A DNA stretch of 64,000 nt, taken from NCBI GenBank assembly GCA_963841735.1, contig CAWJDT010000001.1, positions 480,001-544,000 of the forward strand, read 5' to 3'. A program made the translations under genes and the position numbers. This DNA comes from an uncultured Actinomycetes bacterium. GTDB taxonomy: Bacteria; Actinomycetota; Thermoleophilia; RBG-16-64-13. Every line of letters begins with the position of its first letter. Positions within the stretch are counted from its first letter, which is position 1. The notes under the pieces are model-generated. The model did not search any database, was not told where the DNA came from, and saw only the letters and a list, made by a program, of their open reading frames with translations. Shown one piece after another: positions 1 to 10,236 of the stretch.

Positions 1-1
1 G

Positions 2-1711
2 GTCGATGCCTCCAACATGCTCAAACCCATGCTGGCCCGCGGCGAGCTGCGGGTAGTGGGCGCGACCACGCTCGACGAATACCGCAAGTACGTGGAAAAG
101 GACGCCGCTCTCGAACGGCGCTTCCAGCCCGTGCTGGTCGGGGAGCCCACGGTCGAGGACACCATCGCCATCCTGCGGGGGCTCAAGGAGCGCTATGAGG
201 TGCACCACGGGGTCCGGATCCAGGACTCAGCCTTGGTGGCGGCGGCTGTGCTCTCTCAGCGCTACATCTCCGACCGCTTCCTGCCCGACAAGGCCATCGA
301 CCTGATGGACGAGGCGGCCAGCAAGCTGCGCATCGAGATCGACTCCATGCCTCTGGAGATCGACCAGGTGGAGCGGCGCATCAAGCAGCTCGACATCGAG
401 TTGCACGCCCTGAGCAAGGAGAAGGACGCCGCCTCCAAAGAACGGCGCAAGGCCATCGAGGCCGAGCTGGCCGACCTCCGCGAGCAGTCGGCGGGCATGA
501 AGGCCCACTGGCAGGCGGAGAAAGAGGCCATCGGCAAGATCCAGGCGCTCAAGGAACAGATCGACGCCGCCAAGACCGAGGCCGAGAAGGTCGAGAGGGT
601 GGGCGACCTGCAGAAGGCGGCCGAGCTGCGCTACGGCAGCATCCCCGAGGCCGAGCGACAGTTGGCGGCCGAGAACGAGCGCCTGAACGACCTCCAGCGC
701 GACGTGAAGATGCTGAAAGAAGAGGTGGAAGAAGAGGACATCGCCGAGGTGGTGGCCAAGTGGACCGGTATCCCGGTGTCGCGGCTGCTCGAGGGCGAGG
801 TGGAGAAGCTCATCCACATGGAGGAACGGCTGCACGACCGGGTGGTCGGCCAGGACGACGCCCTGCAGGCGGTGGCCAGCGCCATCCGGCGGGCCCGCGC
901 CGGCCTGCAGGACCCCAACCGGCCCATCGGCAGCTTCATCTTCCTGGGACCGACCGGAGTGGGCAAGACCGAGCTGGGCCGAGCCCTGGCCGAGTTCATG
1001 TTCGACGACGAGAAGGCCATGATCCGGGTGGACATGAGCGAGTTCCAGGAGCGGCACTCGGTGGCCCGGCTCATCGGGGCGCCGCCCGGCTACGTGGGCT
1101 ACGAGGAAGGCGGCTACCTCACCGAGGCCGTGCGGCGCCGCCCCTACTCGGTGCTGCTGCTCGACGAGATCGAGAAGGCGCACCCTGACGTCTTCAACCT
1201 GCTGCTGCAGATCCTGGACGAGGGCCGCCTCACCGACGGCCACGGCCGCACGGTGGACTTCAAGAACACCGTGGTCATCATGACCTCCAACGTGGGCAGC
1301 GAGTTCATCCTCGACCCGGACATCACCGAGCTCGAGATGGACATGCGCGTCACCGACCTGATGCAGGACACCTTCAAGCCCGAGTTCCTCAACCGAGTGG
1401 ACGAGGTGATCATCTTCCACCGGCTGACCCTGGAGCACATCAAGGGCATCGTCGACATCCAGCTGACGCTGCTGCGCAAGCGCCTCGCGGAGCGCAACAT
1501 CACCCTGGAGATCAGCGACGCCGCCAAGGCCTATCTGGCCCAGCAGGGCTACGACCCGGCCTACGGCGCCCGGCCGCTCAAACGGCTCATCCAGAAGGAG
1601 ATCCAAGACCAGGTGGCTCTCGCGCTGCTCAAGGGCGACTTCCGCGACGGCGACACCATCCGCGTGGACGAAGAGAACCTACAGCTGGTCTTCGAGAAGG
1701 CGCGTTCCTAG
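2..1711 (+). CDS. clpB: ATP-dependent chaperone ClpB (5'-truncated by window edge)
   Basis: [28 protein letters not shown], long coiled-coil middle domain, second Walker [30 protein letters not shown]; the frame is open to the window start. Confidence 0.96.
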   Translation, partial: VDASNMLKPMLARGELRVVGATTLDEYRKYVEKDAALERRFQPVLVGEPTVEDTIAILRGLKERYEVHHGVRIQDSALVAAAVLSQRYISDRFLPDKAIDLMDEAASKLRIEIDSMPLEIDQVERRIKQLDIELHALSKEKDAASKERRKAIEAELADLREQSAGMKAHWQAEKEAIGKIQALKEQIDAAKTEAEKVERVGDLQKAAELRYGSIPEAERQLAAENERLNDLQRDVKMLKEEVEEEDIAEVVAKWTGIPVSRLLEGEVEKLIHMEERLHDRVVGQDDALQAVASAIRRARAGLQDPNRPIGSFIFLGPTGVGKTELGRALAEFMFDDEKAMIRVDMSEFQERHSVARLIGAPPGYVGYEEGGYLTEAVRRRPYSVLLLDEIEKAHPDVFNLLLQILDEGRLTDGHGRTVDFKNTVVIMTSNVGSEFILDPDITELEMDMRVTDLMQDTFKPEFLNRVDEVIIFHRLTLEHIKGIVDIQLTLLRKRLAERNITLEISDAAKAYLAQQGYDPAYGARPLKRLIQKEIQDQVALALLKGDFRDGDTIRVDEENLQLVFEKARS

Positions 1712-3064
1712 AACCGGTAGCCCAGCAGGCCCACCAGTATCGCCCGCAGATCCTCGTAGCGAACGGCTTGGGGTGAGATCCCCCTGGCCAGAGCAAGCGC
1801 GGCGGTGGTACCGGCCGCGCCCCCGTAGTCCATACGCATGGGCTCCATCCGGAATGAGGAGTTGTAGGCGTTGTAGTCCACGCAGGCGCCCTCGGTGACC
1901 AGCAACCAGTCGAACTCGGCAGGCATCATGGCCTTCCAGGGCACCCAGACCACGGCGGCGCCACCGTTTACGTTTCCGCTCAGGTCGTGTCGATCGTAGC
2001 GCGAGTAACACGACTTGGCCGCCGGTTGCGCGACCCGCTTACCCACCTGATCGCCGGTGAAGCGTACAAGCCCATTGGCGATGGTCACCTCGCCCCGAAA
2101 GTAGGGCCAAGGGTACGAGTAGGCCAAACGCATCCCCGGATAGAGCTTGCCTGACCGACCAGTCCCGAACGCGGTCGCGTATCTGCGGCCGGAGATCGGG
2201 ACGAAAGACCCAGTCGAAGATATCCTGCGCCACCCGGTAATCGGACACAGCCTCGTTGAATTCGCACAGCCCACTGGGTAGCTTGCCGGCGGTGGTAGAC
2301 CACATGGTGGGCACAGACCCCACGACCCGGAAACTAGGCAGCCCCGCCATCGCCTGCGGGGCGGTGATGTAGCCGTTGGCAGCCGTCGGCGCGGCCGGGG
2401 CCAGGTCGAGTCCGTAGACTGTCTGGTCCTTGCCGATGCGGTATTCACAGCCGAAGGCCCGCGCCAGGTCCAGAGTGGGAGAAGCGTCGATGACCACCTT
2501 CCCGGTAATGGTGACCTCTTCTCCGCCCTGCACCTGCAGGGTCAGCGACTTGGCCGAAGCATCTACGCTCCCGAGGGCGGCCGCGTAGAAGGTCACCCCG
2601 GGTTTGTTGAGCCTCCACCAGAGCATATCGGCGGCGGCGGCCGAAGACACCTTGAGCCGACCCGTCTGGCCGAAGCTCCTGCGCCACTCCTTCCAGAGGC
2701 CGTTGGCGTAGTACGCGGGCGAGTACATGTCTTCTATCATCAGGCCGTTGGCCAGCGGCGATTCGAGGTAGTCGCCCGACGAGATGATGGCCACGGTGGT
2801 CGATTGGGGGATGAGCGCCCGCCGCAACCGAGTAAGGGCTTGCACTGCTCCTATGCCCGACGTGGTGGTGCCGTAGACCACCACGTCGTACTGCACGGGA
2901 TCGGCGGCCTGGGCCGGCGAGCCCGACCATCCGGCCACGACAACCGCGGCCAGGACCAACGTCCATGCGAGCCGGCGCTTTACTGTACCGAGCGTGAGCC
3001 TCGACCTACCGAGCTTGTGGATGACGTGACCTCCCCGGGAACGGCGGTGCCTCTCTCCAGCCAT
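1708..3064 (-). pseudogene. Secreted FAD-dependent oxidoreductase (FAD_oxidored-like), frameshifted near 2153-2160
   Basis: N-half has a signal peptide (..SPAQA|ADP), YDVVVYGTTTSGIGA and VIDAS..DLA..G.EYRIG. C-half in another frame has SFRMEPMRMDYGGAAGTTAALAL. The junction contains a tandem GACC-GACC. Start codon uncertain. Confidence 0.7.
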
Positions 3065-3132
3065 TCTCACATCCGCGACATCCTCGACGCAAGCCAGCGG
3101 TGGAACGACGGCGCTCGCGTATACTCCCCGTC

Positions 3133-4578
3133 ATGAGTCGCCCCCAACTTCAGATTCGACCCGGCCAGATGATCGAACTGACCGTCACCGGCCTTGCCTA
3201 CGGGGGCAAGGGGATAGCCAGACTCGACGACTTCGTGGTCTTCGTGAGCGGGGCCGTCCCCGGCGATGTCGTGCAGGCACGGGTGCTCAAGAACAAGAAG
3301 CGTTACGCGGAAGCGCGGGCGGAGGAGATAGTCGTCCCCTCGCCCAACCGCTGCCCGGCCCGCTGCCCGGCTTTTGGCACGTGCGGTGGCTGCGTCTGGC
3401 AGGACCTGGATTACGGCCTGCAATTGAAATACAAAGCCGCACAGGTGCGGGAGTCGCTCGAGCATCTCGGGGGAATCAAAGACTTTGTGCTGGCCCCCAT
3501 CGTCGGCATGGACGATCCCTGGAGATACCGCAACCGAGCCGACTTCTCCATAGGAATAGCCGAAGAGGGCGCCGTTGTGGGCTTCCGGCCTCGGGGCCGG
3601 TGGGATTCGGTCTTGCCCCTGTCTGAGTGCCACCTGCTCGATCCCACCATCGAGGCCATCCGAGCGACAGTGGAGAGCTGGCTGAGGGAGAACGACATCC
3701 CTGGATGGGACCCACGCACGGGCTCCGGCTTCGCCAGGCATCTACTGGTGCGTTCGAGCCAGGGGGGAGCGGAGGCCATCGTCAGCCTGGCGACCGCCGG
3801 CTCGCAGTTGCCCAACCCCGAGGGACTTGTCGAGCGTCTGCGCGCAGCGCACCCCCAAGTGGTCGGAGTAGTGCACGCCGTGAACGAGGGACAGGCTGAG
3901 ATCAGCTCCGGCATCCCTACGCTCTTGCTCTGGGGCAGGCCGTTCCTGCTGGAGCACGTAGCGGGCGTGACCCTCAAGGTGTCGGTCGATGCCTTCTTCC
4001 AGACCAACACCATGATGGCGAACGCTCTGTACGGGCTGGTTGCCCAGGCGGTGGGGTCTGATGTCGAGCCCGGGGGCGCGACGCCGCGCCGACCGGTCGT
4101 CTGGGACCTCTTCTCCGGCGTGGGCTCCATCGGCCTGTCACTGGCCGGCCGGGCCGAGGCGGTGCTGGCTATCGAAGCCGTCCCGGCAGCAGTGGCCGAT
4201 GCCGAGGAGAACGCCCACCTCAACCACATCGACAACATCAGCTTCCTCGAGGGCGACGTGGCCAAGGTTTTGCGCGAGGCAACCAACGGTGAGCGCCTCC
4301 TGCCCCAGGGGCTCGAGACCCCCGACGTCATCGTCATCGACCCTCCCCGGGCCGGACTCTCCAACAAGGCGATATCCCGCATCGGCGAGATAGGGGCGCC
4401 GCGCATCGTCTACGTCTCGTGCAACCCCACCACCATGGCACCCAACGTGGCCGGGTTCGGGGAGTACGGGTACAAACTGGAGCGCGTCACTCCCGTGGAC
4501 ATGTTTCCGCACACGCCCCACGTGGAATGTGTGGGACTGCTTGTCAAGACCGACGCCGAACAAACGAGCGCCGAGTAG
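3133..4578 (+). CDS. rlmD: 23S rRNA (uracil-1939)-C5-methyltransferase RlmD/RumA
   Basis: N-terminal TRAM domain, CPAFGTCGGC Fe-S motif, FFQTN, DLFSGVG, DPPRAG, YVSCNP, DMFPHTPHVE. Confidence 0.93.
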   Translation: MSRPQLQIRPGQMIELTVTGLAYGGKGIARLDDFVVFVSGAVPGDVVQARVLKNKKRYAEARAEEIVVPSPNRCPARCPAFGTCGGCVWQDLDYGLQLKYKAAQVRESLEHLGGIKDFVLAPIVGMDDPWRYRNRADFSIGIAEEGAVVGFRPRGRWDSVLPLSECHLLDPTIEAIRATVESWLRENDIPGWDPRTGSGFARHLLVRSSQGGAEAIVSLATAGSQLPNPEGLVERLRAAHPQVVGVVHAVNEGQAEISSGIPTLLLWGRPFLLEHVAGVTLKVSVDAFFQTNTMMANALYGLVAQAVGSDVEPGGATPRRPVVWDLFSGVGSIGLSLAGRAEAVLAIEAVPAAVADAEENAHLNHIDNISFLEGDVAKVLREATNGERLLPQGLETPDVIVIDPPRAGLSNKAISRIGEIGAPRIVYVSCNPTTMAPNVAGFGEYGYKLERVTPVDMFPHTPHVECVGLLVKTDAEQTSAE

Positions 4579-4615
4579 AACGGCGCAGGGGGGCGCCGCA
4601 CCCGCGGCGCCGCGG

Positions 4616-5500
4616 CTACTCTTTCCCCCGCGAAGCCGCGAACTCCCTGTACCATTCGTCCAAAAGGGGCACGAACTCCTCGGTGGCCTTGACGTTGCCG
4701 TCCGCGTTGGGATGGTCGTCTCCGTCGGAGTCGTAGTAGAGAGTATCGGAGCCGGGGACGACCTCGTGGACCTCGACGCCGTCCACGAGACGGTGATGTG
4801 CATCGGGGTGGGTGAGCACGTTGTAGAGGTCGAAGACGAACACGTTGCCGGTGGACAGCTCCGCCAGCCAACCGTTGTCCTTGTCGATGAGCCAATCGCA
4901 TAGCTCCCGGGTCTTCTGGGGATCGGGGATGTCGATCATGGGCGGCGGGGTCACCAGGGCGAACATCTTGTCGGGATGCGCCTCCATGTACGGCAGTAGG
5001 CTGTCGTAGATGGCTTTCTCGTCAGAGATATCCGAACCCACGTCGCTGTTGGGGAAGCAGCCCTTGAACATGATGATTGTGTTCTCCCCGGGGGCCGGAT
5101 CGCGGTTGTTGGGGGCGGTCATCTGACCAAGTTCCTGGTAGACCAAGCCCATCGCCTCATCGGTGAACCAGGTGGGCCAGTCGACGGTGTCGGTGCTGTC
5201 TCCATAAGCCCGCCAGCCGTAGTAGATATCGGCGACGTGATAGCCGCTTTCGTTCAGGGCTGCGCAGAGACCATCGTTGAGCCAGTTCTCGCCGACGCTG
5301 TGATGGATGAAGACCAGGTTGACTGTGGTCCCCTCGGTGCTGGTCGCCAAGCCGGCAATGGTGGTGCTATCGGCGGGCAAGACGGTGCCGCTCGTAGATG
5401 CCGGAGTGGTCTCGTCAACACCCTGCGGCGCCAGATCCGCGCACGCGCCAACCGACAAGACTGCGAAGGAGGTGACGAGCAATGCCAGGAGCCTAGTCAC
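4616..5500 (-). CDS. Hypothetical lipoprotein, possible SGNH-like hydrolase
   Basis: Lipobox-like VGAC, Thr-rich linker, VFIHHSVG and C-terminal DDHPN..G resembling SGNH blocks. Confidence 0.65.
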   Translation of the reverse strand: MTRLLALLVTSFAVLSVGACADLAPQGVDETTPASTSGTVLPADSTTIAGLATSTEGTTVNLVFIHHSVGENWLNDGLCAALNESGYHVADIYYGWRAYGDSTDTVDWPTWFTDEAMGLVYQELGQMTAPNNRDPAPGENTIIMFKGCFPNSDVGSDISDEKAIYDSLLPYMEAHPDKMFALVTPPPMIDIPDPQKTRELCDWLIDKDNGWLAELSTGNVFVFDLYNVLTHPDAHHRLVDGVEVHEVVPGSDTLYYDSDGDDHPNADGNVKATEEFVPLLDEWYREFAASRGKE

Positions 5501-5517
5501 GTTGCCTCCTGAGACGA

Positions 5518-6138
5518 TCAGTACGGAGGCTCGTCCCGAAACCAATCGCCCAGATTGCGGAATGCCTTCCAAAACTCAGCCTTGGCGGTCTCATCATCTA
5601 GGCACTCGTCGACGTCGGGAGTGATCAAAGCCTTGCAAAAAGCGGTGAAGTCTTGAAGCGCTCCCGGGTCCCAGACCAACTCCTTCATCCCGGCCACCCG
5701 ATTGCTGTTGACCAAGTCCAGTGTGGGCTGGCCCATCACCACCATCATACGGGGCTGAGTGATCTGGAACTCCTCCAGCCAGTAGCCCGGGCAGTTGGTC
5801 TCGGCATCTTGGGCTTCGGTGTCGTGGCACTTGAGCAGGTTGGTACCGTAAACGACAAGAGGGTTGACACCCAATCGCTCCATGCTCTTGAGCACAGCTG
5901 TGCCCGAGCGCCCGAAGAAACCCACTCCTTCGTTCACTTCCAGATACCGGGGCCGGTGCTTGAGCAAGAAGATGTCGGCCAGCGGGTGTCCCGACCCAAC
6001 GGTGGGTAGGTATTCCCCCCGCGGGCACTTCCGGCAATGGACTACGCGATGGTTGAGATCGTTGCTCTCGGTGATCGCGCGCTCTTCCAGCTTGCGGTAG
6101 ATCTCGTTCGCCTCAGCAAGAGGTGGTGAGTCTTTCAC
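5518..6138 (-). CDS. Uracil-DNA glycosylase family 4-like protein with altered catalytic motifs
   Basis: CRKC, GSG.P.ADI, F.GRSG, TNLLKC, C..Y..EE...QP...VVMG; the canonical GEAPG and HP(A/S) motifs are replaced. Confidence 0.75.
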   Translation of the reverse strand: MKDSPPLAEANEIYRKLEERAITESNDLNHRVVHCRKCPRGEYLPTVGSGHPLADIFLLKHRPRYLEVNEGVGFFGRSGTAVLKSMERLGVNPLVVYGTNLLKCHDTEAQDAETNCPGYWLEEFQITQPRMMVVMGQPTLDLVNSNRVAGMKELVWDPGALQDFTAFCKALITPDVDECLDDETAKAEFWKAFRNLGDWFRDEPPY

Positions 6139-6257
6139 GATCTCGCTCTGACCGGCTTTCGTGTCGTTGGGCCTGACATCCCTCTGAGGGTAGAGACTAT
6201 ATTGGCGGGCGGTCGGTGAATTCCTCCGGATGCTCGCCCGGGGCGCCCAACTGGCTC

Positions 6258-8345
6258 CTAGTCCTCAGGCAAGACCCGGTCGAGAGTGGTCTGTAGGAGC
6301 TTTAGTGACTGCAGGTACATCAGGCTCTTCTTCTTGGCGATGATGTCCGCCTCCCACAGAGCAGCCATGAAGGTCTGCGGATCGTGGAAACGGGGCATGC
6401 GGATGAGGGCGGTTCCCAAAGCCTGCAGCACATGGGCATCACTGCCCGCGCCGGCCACGATGTTGTACTTGGCCGCGAAACGCTCGGCGGCTAGGTTGAA
6501 CGACGACAGCGCCACTTTGGCGTTGTAGATCTCTATGACGTCGATGCGGTGCAGATTGTCCACAAGCGCCCGGTAGGTCGGGGTGGTCCGCAGCGCGTCG
6601 AACGGGTGAGGCACGTACACCAGACCCCCTTGCTCCTTGATGAGCGACAGAGTCTCGTCGAAACTGAGACCGGCGGGGATGCGCTTCTTCAGGAATAGGC
6701 CTATGACCTCGCCCTCCGCGGTCTTCACTTCCTCGGCGACGATGACGAAGGGGTCTCCCTTGGAGAGCTCCTGGGCCAAGAAGGCCCCGTCGATCTCGTT
6801 GTGGTCGGCGATGGCCAAAGCCCCCAGACCGATCTCCCGGGCGGTGGCCAGGATCGACTCCACCGAGGACGCGCAGTCTTTGGAGAAGTTGGAGTGCACG
6901 TGCATGTCGGCGTTGATCCAGTCGGGCCGCACCGGACCCACGGCGGCATGCCGCATGCGCCGCCGGGTCGGTTCCTCGCCGATGCCCCTCACATGAAGGG
7001 AGTAGCCCGCCGCCTGGGTCTTGGCTCCGGCCCCCTCGCGGTTGCTGGTGACGGCGAGAGTCTCCCGGTAGATACCTTCCAGCCTCTCGGCCACCGCGGC
7101 CATGGTGTGCTGATGCGTGTTTGAGGCGGCGCTGCCGGCCGCGCGTGGGGCCTCGTCAAGCCGGGACATCCGAGGCCAGGGTGTCTGAGTCAGAGCCGCC
7201 GCCACGGCCTGACGGAGAGAGCCCGACTCAGTGGCCGAGAAGACCGCGCCCCTGCCCGACGGAACCAGAATGTCGCGCACCGGCGACAGATCGGGTCCGA
7301 CTACCGGACAGCCGCACACCAAGGCTTCGGAGGTTGCGACACCCAGCCACTCGCCCCCCAAGAAGGGAAGAATGGTGACGGCAGCCGCCTGGTACAAGGG
7401 CACCAGCTCATCGGGCTTGTCAAACTCAACCAGGGTGAGACGCGACGCCAGCTTCCGCGGCACCCCCCGGGGTACCCACCGCGCCGTCGAAGGCCGGTGA
7501 AAGGCGACGGCCACCCGGTCCACATCCTCAGGGAAAGCAGCCAAAAGCGAACGGAGCAGGGCGCGATACGAGCGGCGTCCGTCGCCTCGGTAGACATAGA
7601 GGGCGAAAGGACCGGCTGCGGTGTTCGGAGGGGAACTCGCGGCTGCACTCACCCCGGCTGCCACGCCACTCGCCACTCCCGGCATCACCCCTGTTCCGCA
7701 AGGCAGAACCTCGTAGTTGCCCGGATAGAGTTCGTCCATCATCCCCCGGGCAGTGGCAAAAGTGACAACCCGCCCATCCAGCCGCGAGAAGAACCGCTCA
7801 AGCACCGGCTGCCCCATCTCGTACGCCGCCACCCCTACAGGAGTCAGATGAAAAGTGGCCACCACAGGGCTACGGGCCTCCCGCAGCGCCGTGAAGCTTA
7901 ACGAGGGTGCCAGCGGTTCGTGCACATGCAGAAGGTCGAATTCGGCCCCCAGCATCAGCTTCTCTATCCGGGAGGTCACGTCCAAGGGCAACCCCAGGTT
8001 GGCTACCCCTCCGTTCAGACGTATCGGCAGGCTCGACCCTAGTGGGATCACAGGGATGCCGGCCTCAGGCCCCAGTGGCCCGTTGCCGGGCAAGGGAAGA
8101 AGCAGCCGGTCCGGCGGAGCTCCACGACGATAGTCGCCCAGAAGAGTGACCACCTGGCCACGGCTGCGGTGGAAGAGCGCGCGTATGCGCGGCTCATCCC
8201 GAAGATCGCTCGAAGAGACCACCACCACCGGCAACTGACCGCGGCGCTTCAGTTCACGGGCTAAGTCGGCCACATGTTGGTTGACGGCGCTGGGAGTGCT
8301 CCAAGAGAACGGCGTCACTAGAGCTATGTGCAGGTCTCTTGCCAC
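6258..8345 (-). CDS. PimA-like GT4 glycosyltransferase fused to a C-terminal PHP phosphoesterase domain
   Basis: GT4: LVTPFSW, NGGVANL, FDLLHVHEPLAPSLS..AL..VVATFH, E-X7-E (GGEWLGVATSE). PHP (about 6258-6923): DMHVHS..SKD, ADHN, EEV, HPF, GSDAH. Confidence 0.88.
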   Translation of the reverse strand: MARDLHIALVTPFSWSTPSAVNQHVADLARELKRRGQLPVVVVSSSDLRDEPRIRALFHRSRGQVVTLLGDYRRGAPPDRLLLPLPGNGPLGPEAGIPVIPLGSSLPIRLNGGVANLGLPLDVTSRIEKLMLGAEFDLLHVHEPLAPSLSFTALREARSPVVATFHLTPVGVAAYEMGQPVLERFFSRLDGRVVTFATARGMMDELYPGNYEVLPCGTGVMPGVASGVAAGVSAAASSPPNTAAGPFALYVYRGDGRRSYRALLRSLLAAFPEDVDRVAVAFHRPSTARWVPRGVPRKLASRLTLVEFDKPDELVPLYQAAAVTILPFLGGEWLGVATSEALVCGCPVVGPDLSPVRDILVPSGRGAVFSATESGSLRQAVAAALTQTPWPRMSRLDEAPRAAGSAASNTHQHTMAAVAERLEGIYRETLAVTSNREGAGAKTQAAGYSLHVRGIGEEPTRRRMRHAAVGPVRPDWINADMHVHSNFSKDCASSVESILATAREIGLGALAIADHNEIDGAFLAQELSKGDPFVIVAEEVKTAEGEVIGLFLKKRIPAGLSFDETLSLIKEQGGLVYVPHPFDALRTTPTYRALVDNLHRIDVIEIYNAKVALSSFNLAAERFAAKYNIVAGAGSDAHVLQALGTALIRMPRFHDPQTFMAALWEADIIAKKKSLMYLQSLKLLQTTLDRVLPED

Positions 8346-8374
8346 GCTCACGTCCTCGACACGCCGAGGCCACA

Positions 8375-8407
8375 CCGGGCGGCGGCCCTTCGAGGGCCGC
8401 CGCCCGG
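8375..8407. terminator. Perfect 15-bp GC stem-loop between ino1 and the GT4-PHP gene (attenuator or mRNA stabiliser)
   Basis: CCGGGCGGCGGCCCT-TCG-AGGGCCGCCGCCCGG; no clear U-tract. Confidence 0.55.
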
Positions 8408-8433
8408 GGGTCCGGGCTAGATATGCTTGTTCG

Positions 8434-9537
8434 CTACTTCTTGGCCGGGGCGCTCGGCTTGGCCGGCGTTCCAGCTATGAAGGCCTCAGTCTTCTGCCGG
8501 GCTTCATCGTCGCTGTACTGGATGGGCGGCGACTTCATGAAGTAGGAGGCCGGTTCGTATAGAGCTCCCGACACTCCGCGGTCCAGAGCCAGCTTCGCGC
8601 AACGCACCGCATCGATGACGATGCCGGCCGAGTTGGGCGAGTCGACCACTTCGAGCTTCAGCTCGATGTTCAAGGGCACATCGCCGAAGGTGCGGCCTTC
8701 CATGCGGATATAGGCCCACTTGCGGTCTTCCAGCCACTCGACGTAGTCCGAAGGACCGATGTGGATGTTCTTCTTGCCCATGTCGTAGTCCAGCTGCGAG
8801 GTGACCGAGTTGGTCTTGGAGATCTTCTTGCTCTCCAGGCGCTCCCGCTCCAGCATGTTGAGAAAGTCGGTGTTGCCACCCACGTTAAGCTGCGAGGTCC
8901 GCTCCAGCTTGACGCCCCGCTCGCGCATGAGCCGGGTGAGCACCCGGTGCACGATGGTGGCCCCCACCTGCGACTTGATGTCGTCGCCGATGACCGGAAG
9001 ACCGCGCTCTGCAAACCGCTCCTGCCAGTACTTCTCGCGGGCGATGAACACCGGGATGCAGTTCACAAACCCGCAACCCGCTTCGAGAATCTGCTCAACG
9101 TACCACTTGGTCGCCATCTCGCTGCCCACCGGCAGGTAGCTGACCACCACGTCGGTTTTGGTGTCCTTGAGAATGCCGACGACGTCGGCTGTTGGTCCAG
9201 GGGCCTTTTCGATAACAGCCGACAGATACTTGCCCAGCCCGTCGTGCGTCATGCCCCGGTGGACCTTGACCCCCATCTCGGGCACGTCGCAGAACTTGAC
9301 GGTACAGTTCTTGCCACCGTCGATGGCCTGCGAAAGGTCCTTGCCTACTTTGGTCTTGTCGATATCGAACGCAGCGGTGAACTCAATATCGGAGATGTGA
9401 TAACCCCCGAGGTTCACGTGCATGAGGCCGGGGACGAACTCATCCGCCTTGGCGTTGCGGTAGTACTGCACGCCCTGAATGAAGGACGATGCGCAGTTCC
9501 CCACCCCGATGATCGCGACCCGTACTTTATCGCTCAA
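8434..9537 (-). CDS. ino1: myo-inositol-1-phosphate synthase
   Basis: [64 protein letters not shown]. Confidence 0.96.
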   Translation of the reverse strand: MSDKVRVAIIGVGNCASSFIQGVQYYRNAKADEFVPGLMHVNLGGYHISDIEFTAAFDIDKTKVGKDLSQAIDGGKNCTVKFCDVPEMGVKVHRGMTHDGLGKYLSAVIEKAPGPTADVVGILKDTKTDVVVSYLPVGSEMATKWYVEQILEAGCGFVNCIPVFIAREKYWQERFAERGLPVIGDDIKSQVGATIVHRVLTRLMRERGVKLERTSQLNVGGNTDFLNMLERERLESKKISKTNSVTSQLDYDMGKKNIHIGPSDYVEWLEDRKWAYIRMEGRTFGDVPLNIELKLEVVDSPNSAGIVIDAVRCAKLALDRGVSGALYEPASYFMKSPPIQYSDDEARQKTEAFIAGTPAKPSAPAKK

Positions 9538-10147
9538 CGATTCCTCCCTGTTTCATTTGCTTGCCGAGTTGGCGGTAGGTGTGGACGACGCGCTGGATGA
9601 CCGTGAACACGGTCAGGGCCAGCATTATGTAGATCACGTACGGCAGAACGTCGAAGAAGAGTCCTAGAGCTATGAGAATGACCCGCTCGGGTCTGCTCAT
9701 GAGCCCCACCTTGCACTCCACTCCCAGGCTTTCAGCCCGAGCTCGAGTGTAACTCACAAGCATGCTGCCCATTAAGGCCAGCACTACCAGAGCCACATCG
9801 ACCTCACGTCCTTGTACGGCGAGCAGATAGGCGATCGCAGAGAGTATGACTCCCTCCGACACCCGGTCCAAAGTCGAATCGAGGAAGGCCCCAAAGGGCG
9901 TTACCTTCTGAGACATGCGGGCCAGCGCCCCGTCGAGCATGTCCATGAGTCCGGCGACCACGAACACGATGCCCGCCCAATACAGGTGGTCGGGCACGAC
10001 GATGACCAGTGCGCCGGCCGCCAGGTTAAGGACGGTACCGGCTATGGTGATCTGATTGGGAGTGATCCTCAGCCACCGCAGGGCCGCCAGCAACGGCAAG
10101 AAGCACCTGCGCAACTGAATCCCGAAGAACTCGCGAATATTCTCCAT
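9527..10147 (-). CDS. pgsA: CDP-alcohol phosphatidyltransferase, probable phosphatidylinositol-phosphate synthase
   Basis: [39 protein letters not shown]; overlaps the ino1 start. Confidence 0.88.
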   Translation of the reverse strand: MENIREFFGIQLRRCFLPLLAALRWLRITPNQITIAGTVLNLAAGALVIVVPDHLYWAGIVFVVAGLMDMLDGALARMSQKVTPFGAFLDSTLDRVSEGVILSAIAYLLAVQGREVDVALVVLALMGSMLVSYTRARAESLGVECKVGLMSRPERVILIALGLFFDVLPYVIYIMLALTVFTVIQRVVHTYRQLGKQMKQGGIVER

Positions 10148-10236
10148 TACCTGCTACATTCCGGGTTCCGGGACGCTTGCCCCGGCAAACGGCGATTGTA
10201 ACAGCATCGCTCCCCCTCCACCAACAGTGGGGCGCC

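Noticed and set aside
227-1606. Long antisense ORFs (e.g. 227-1606, 10177-11592, 26029-26958, 41603-42643)
   Set aside because: Shadow frames of high-GC3 genes with no family motifs.
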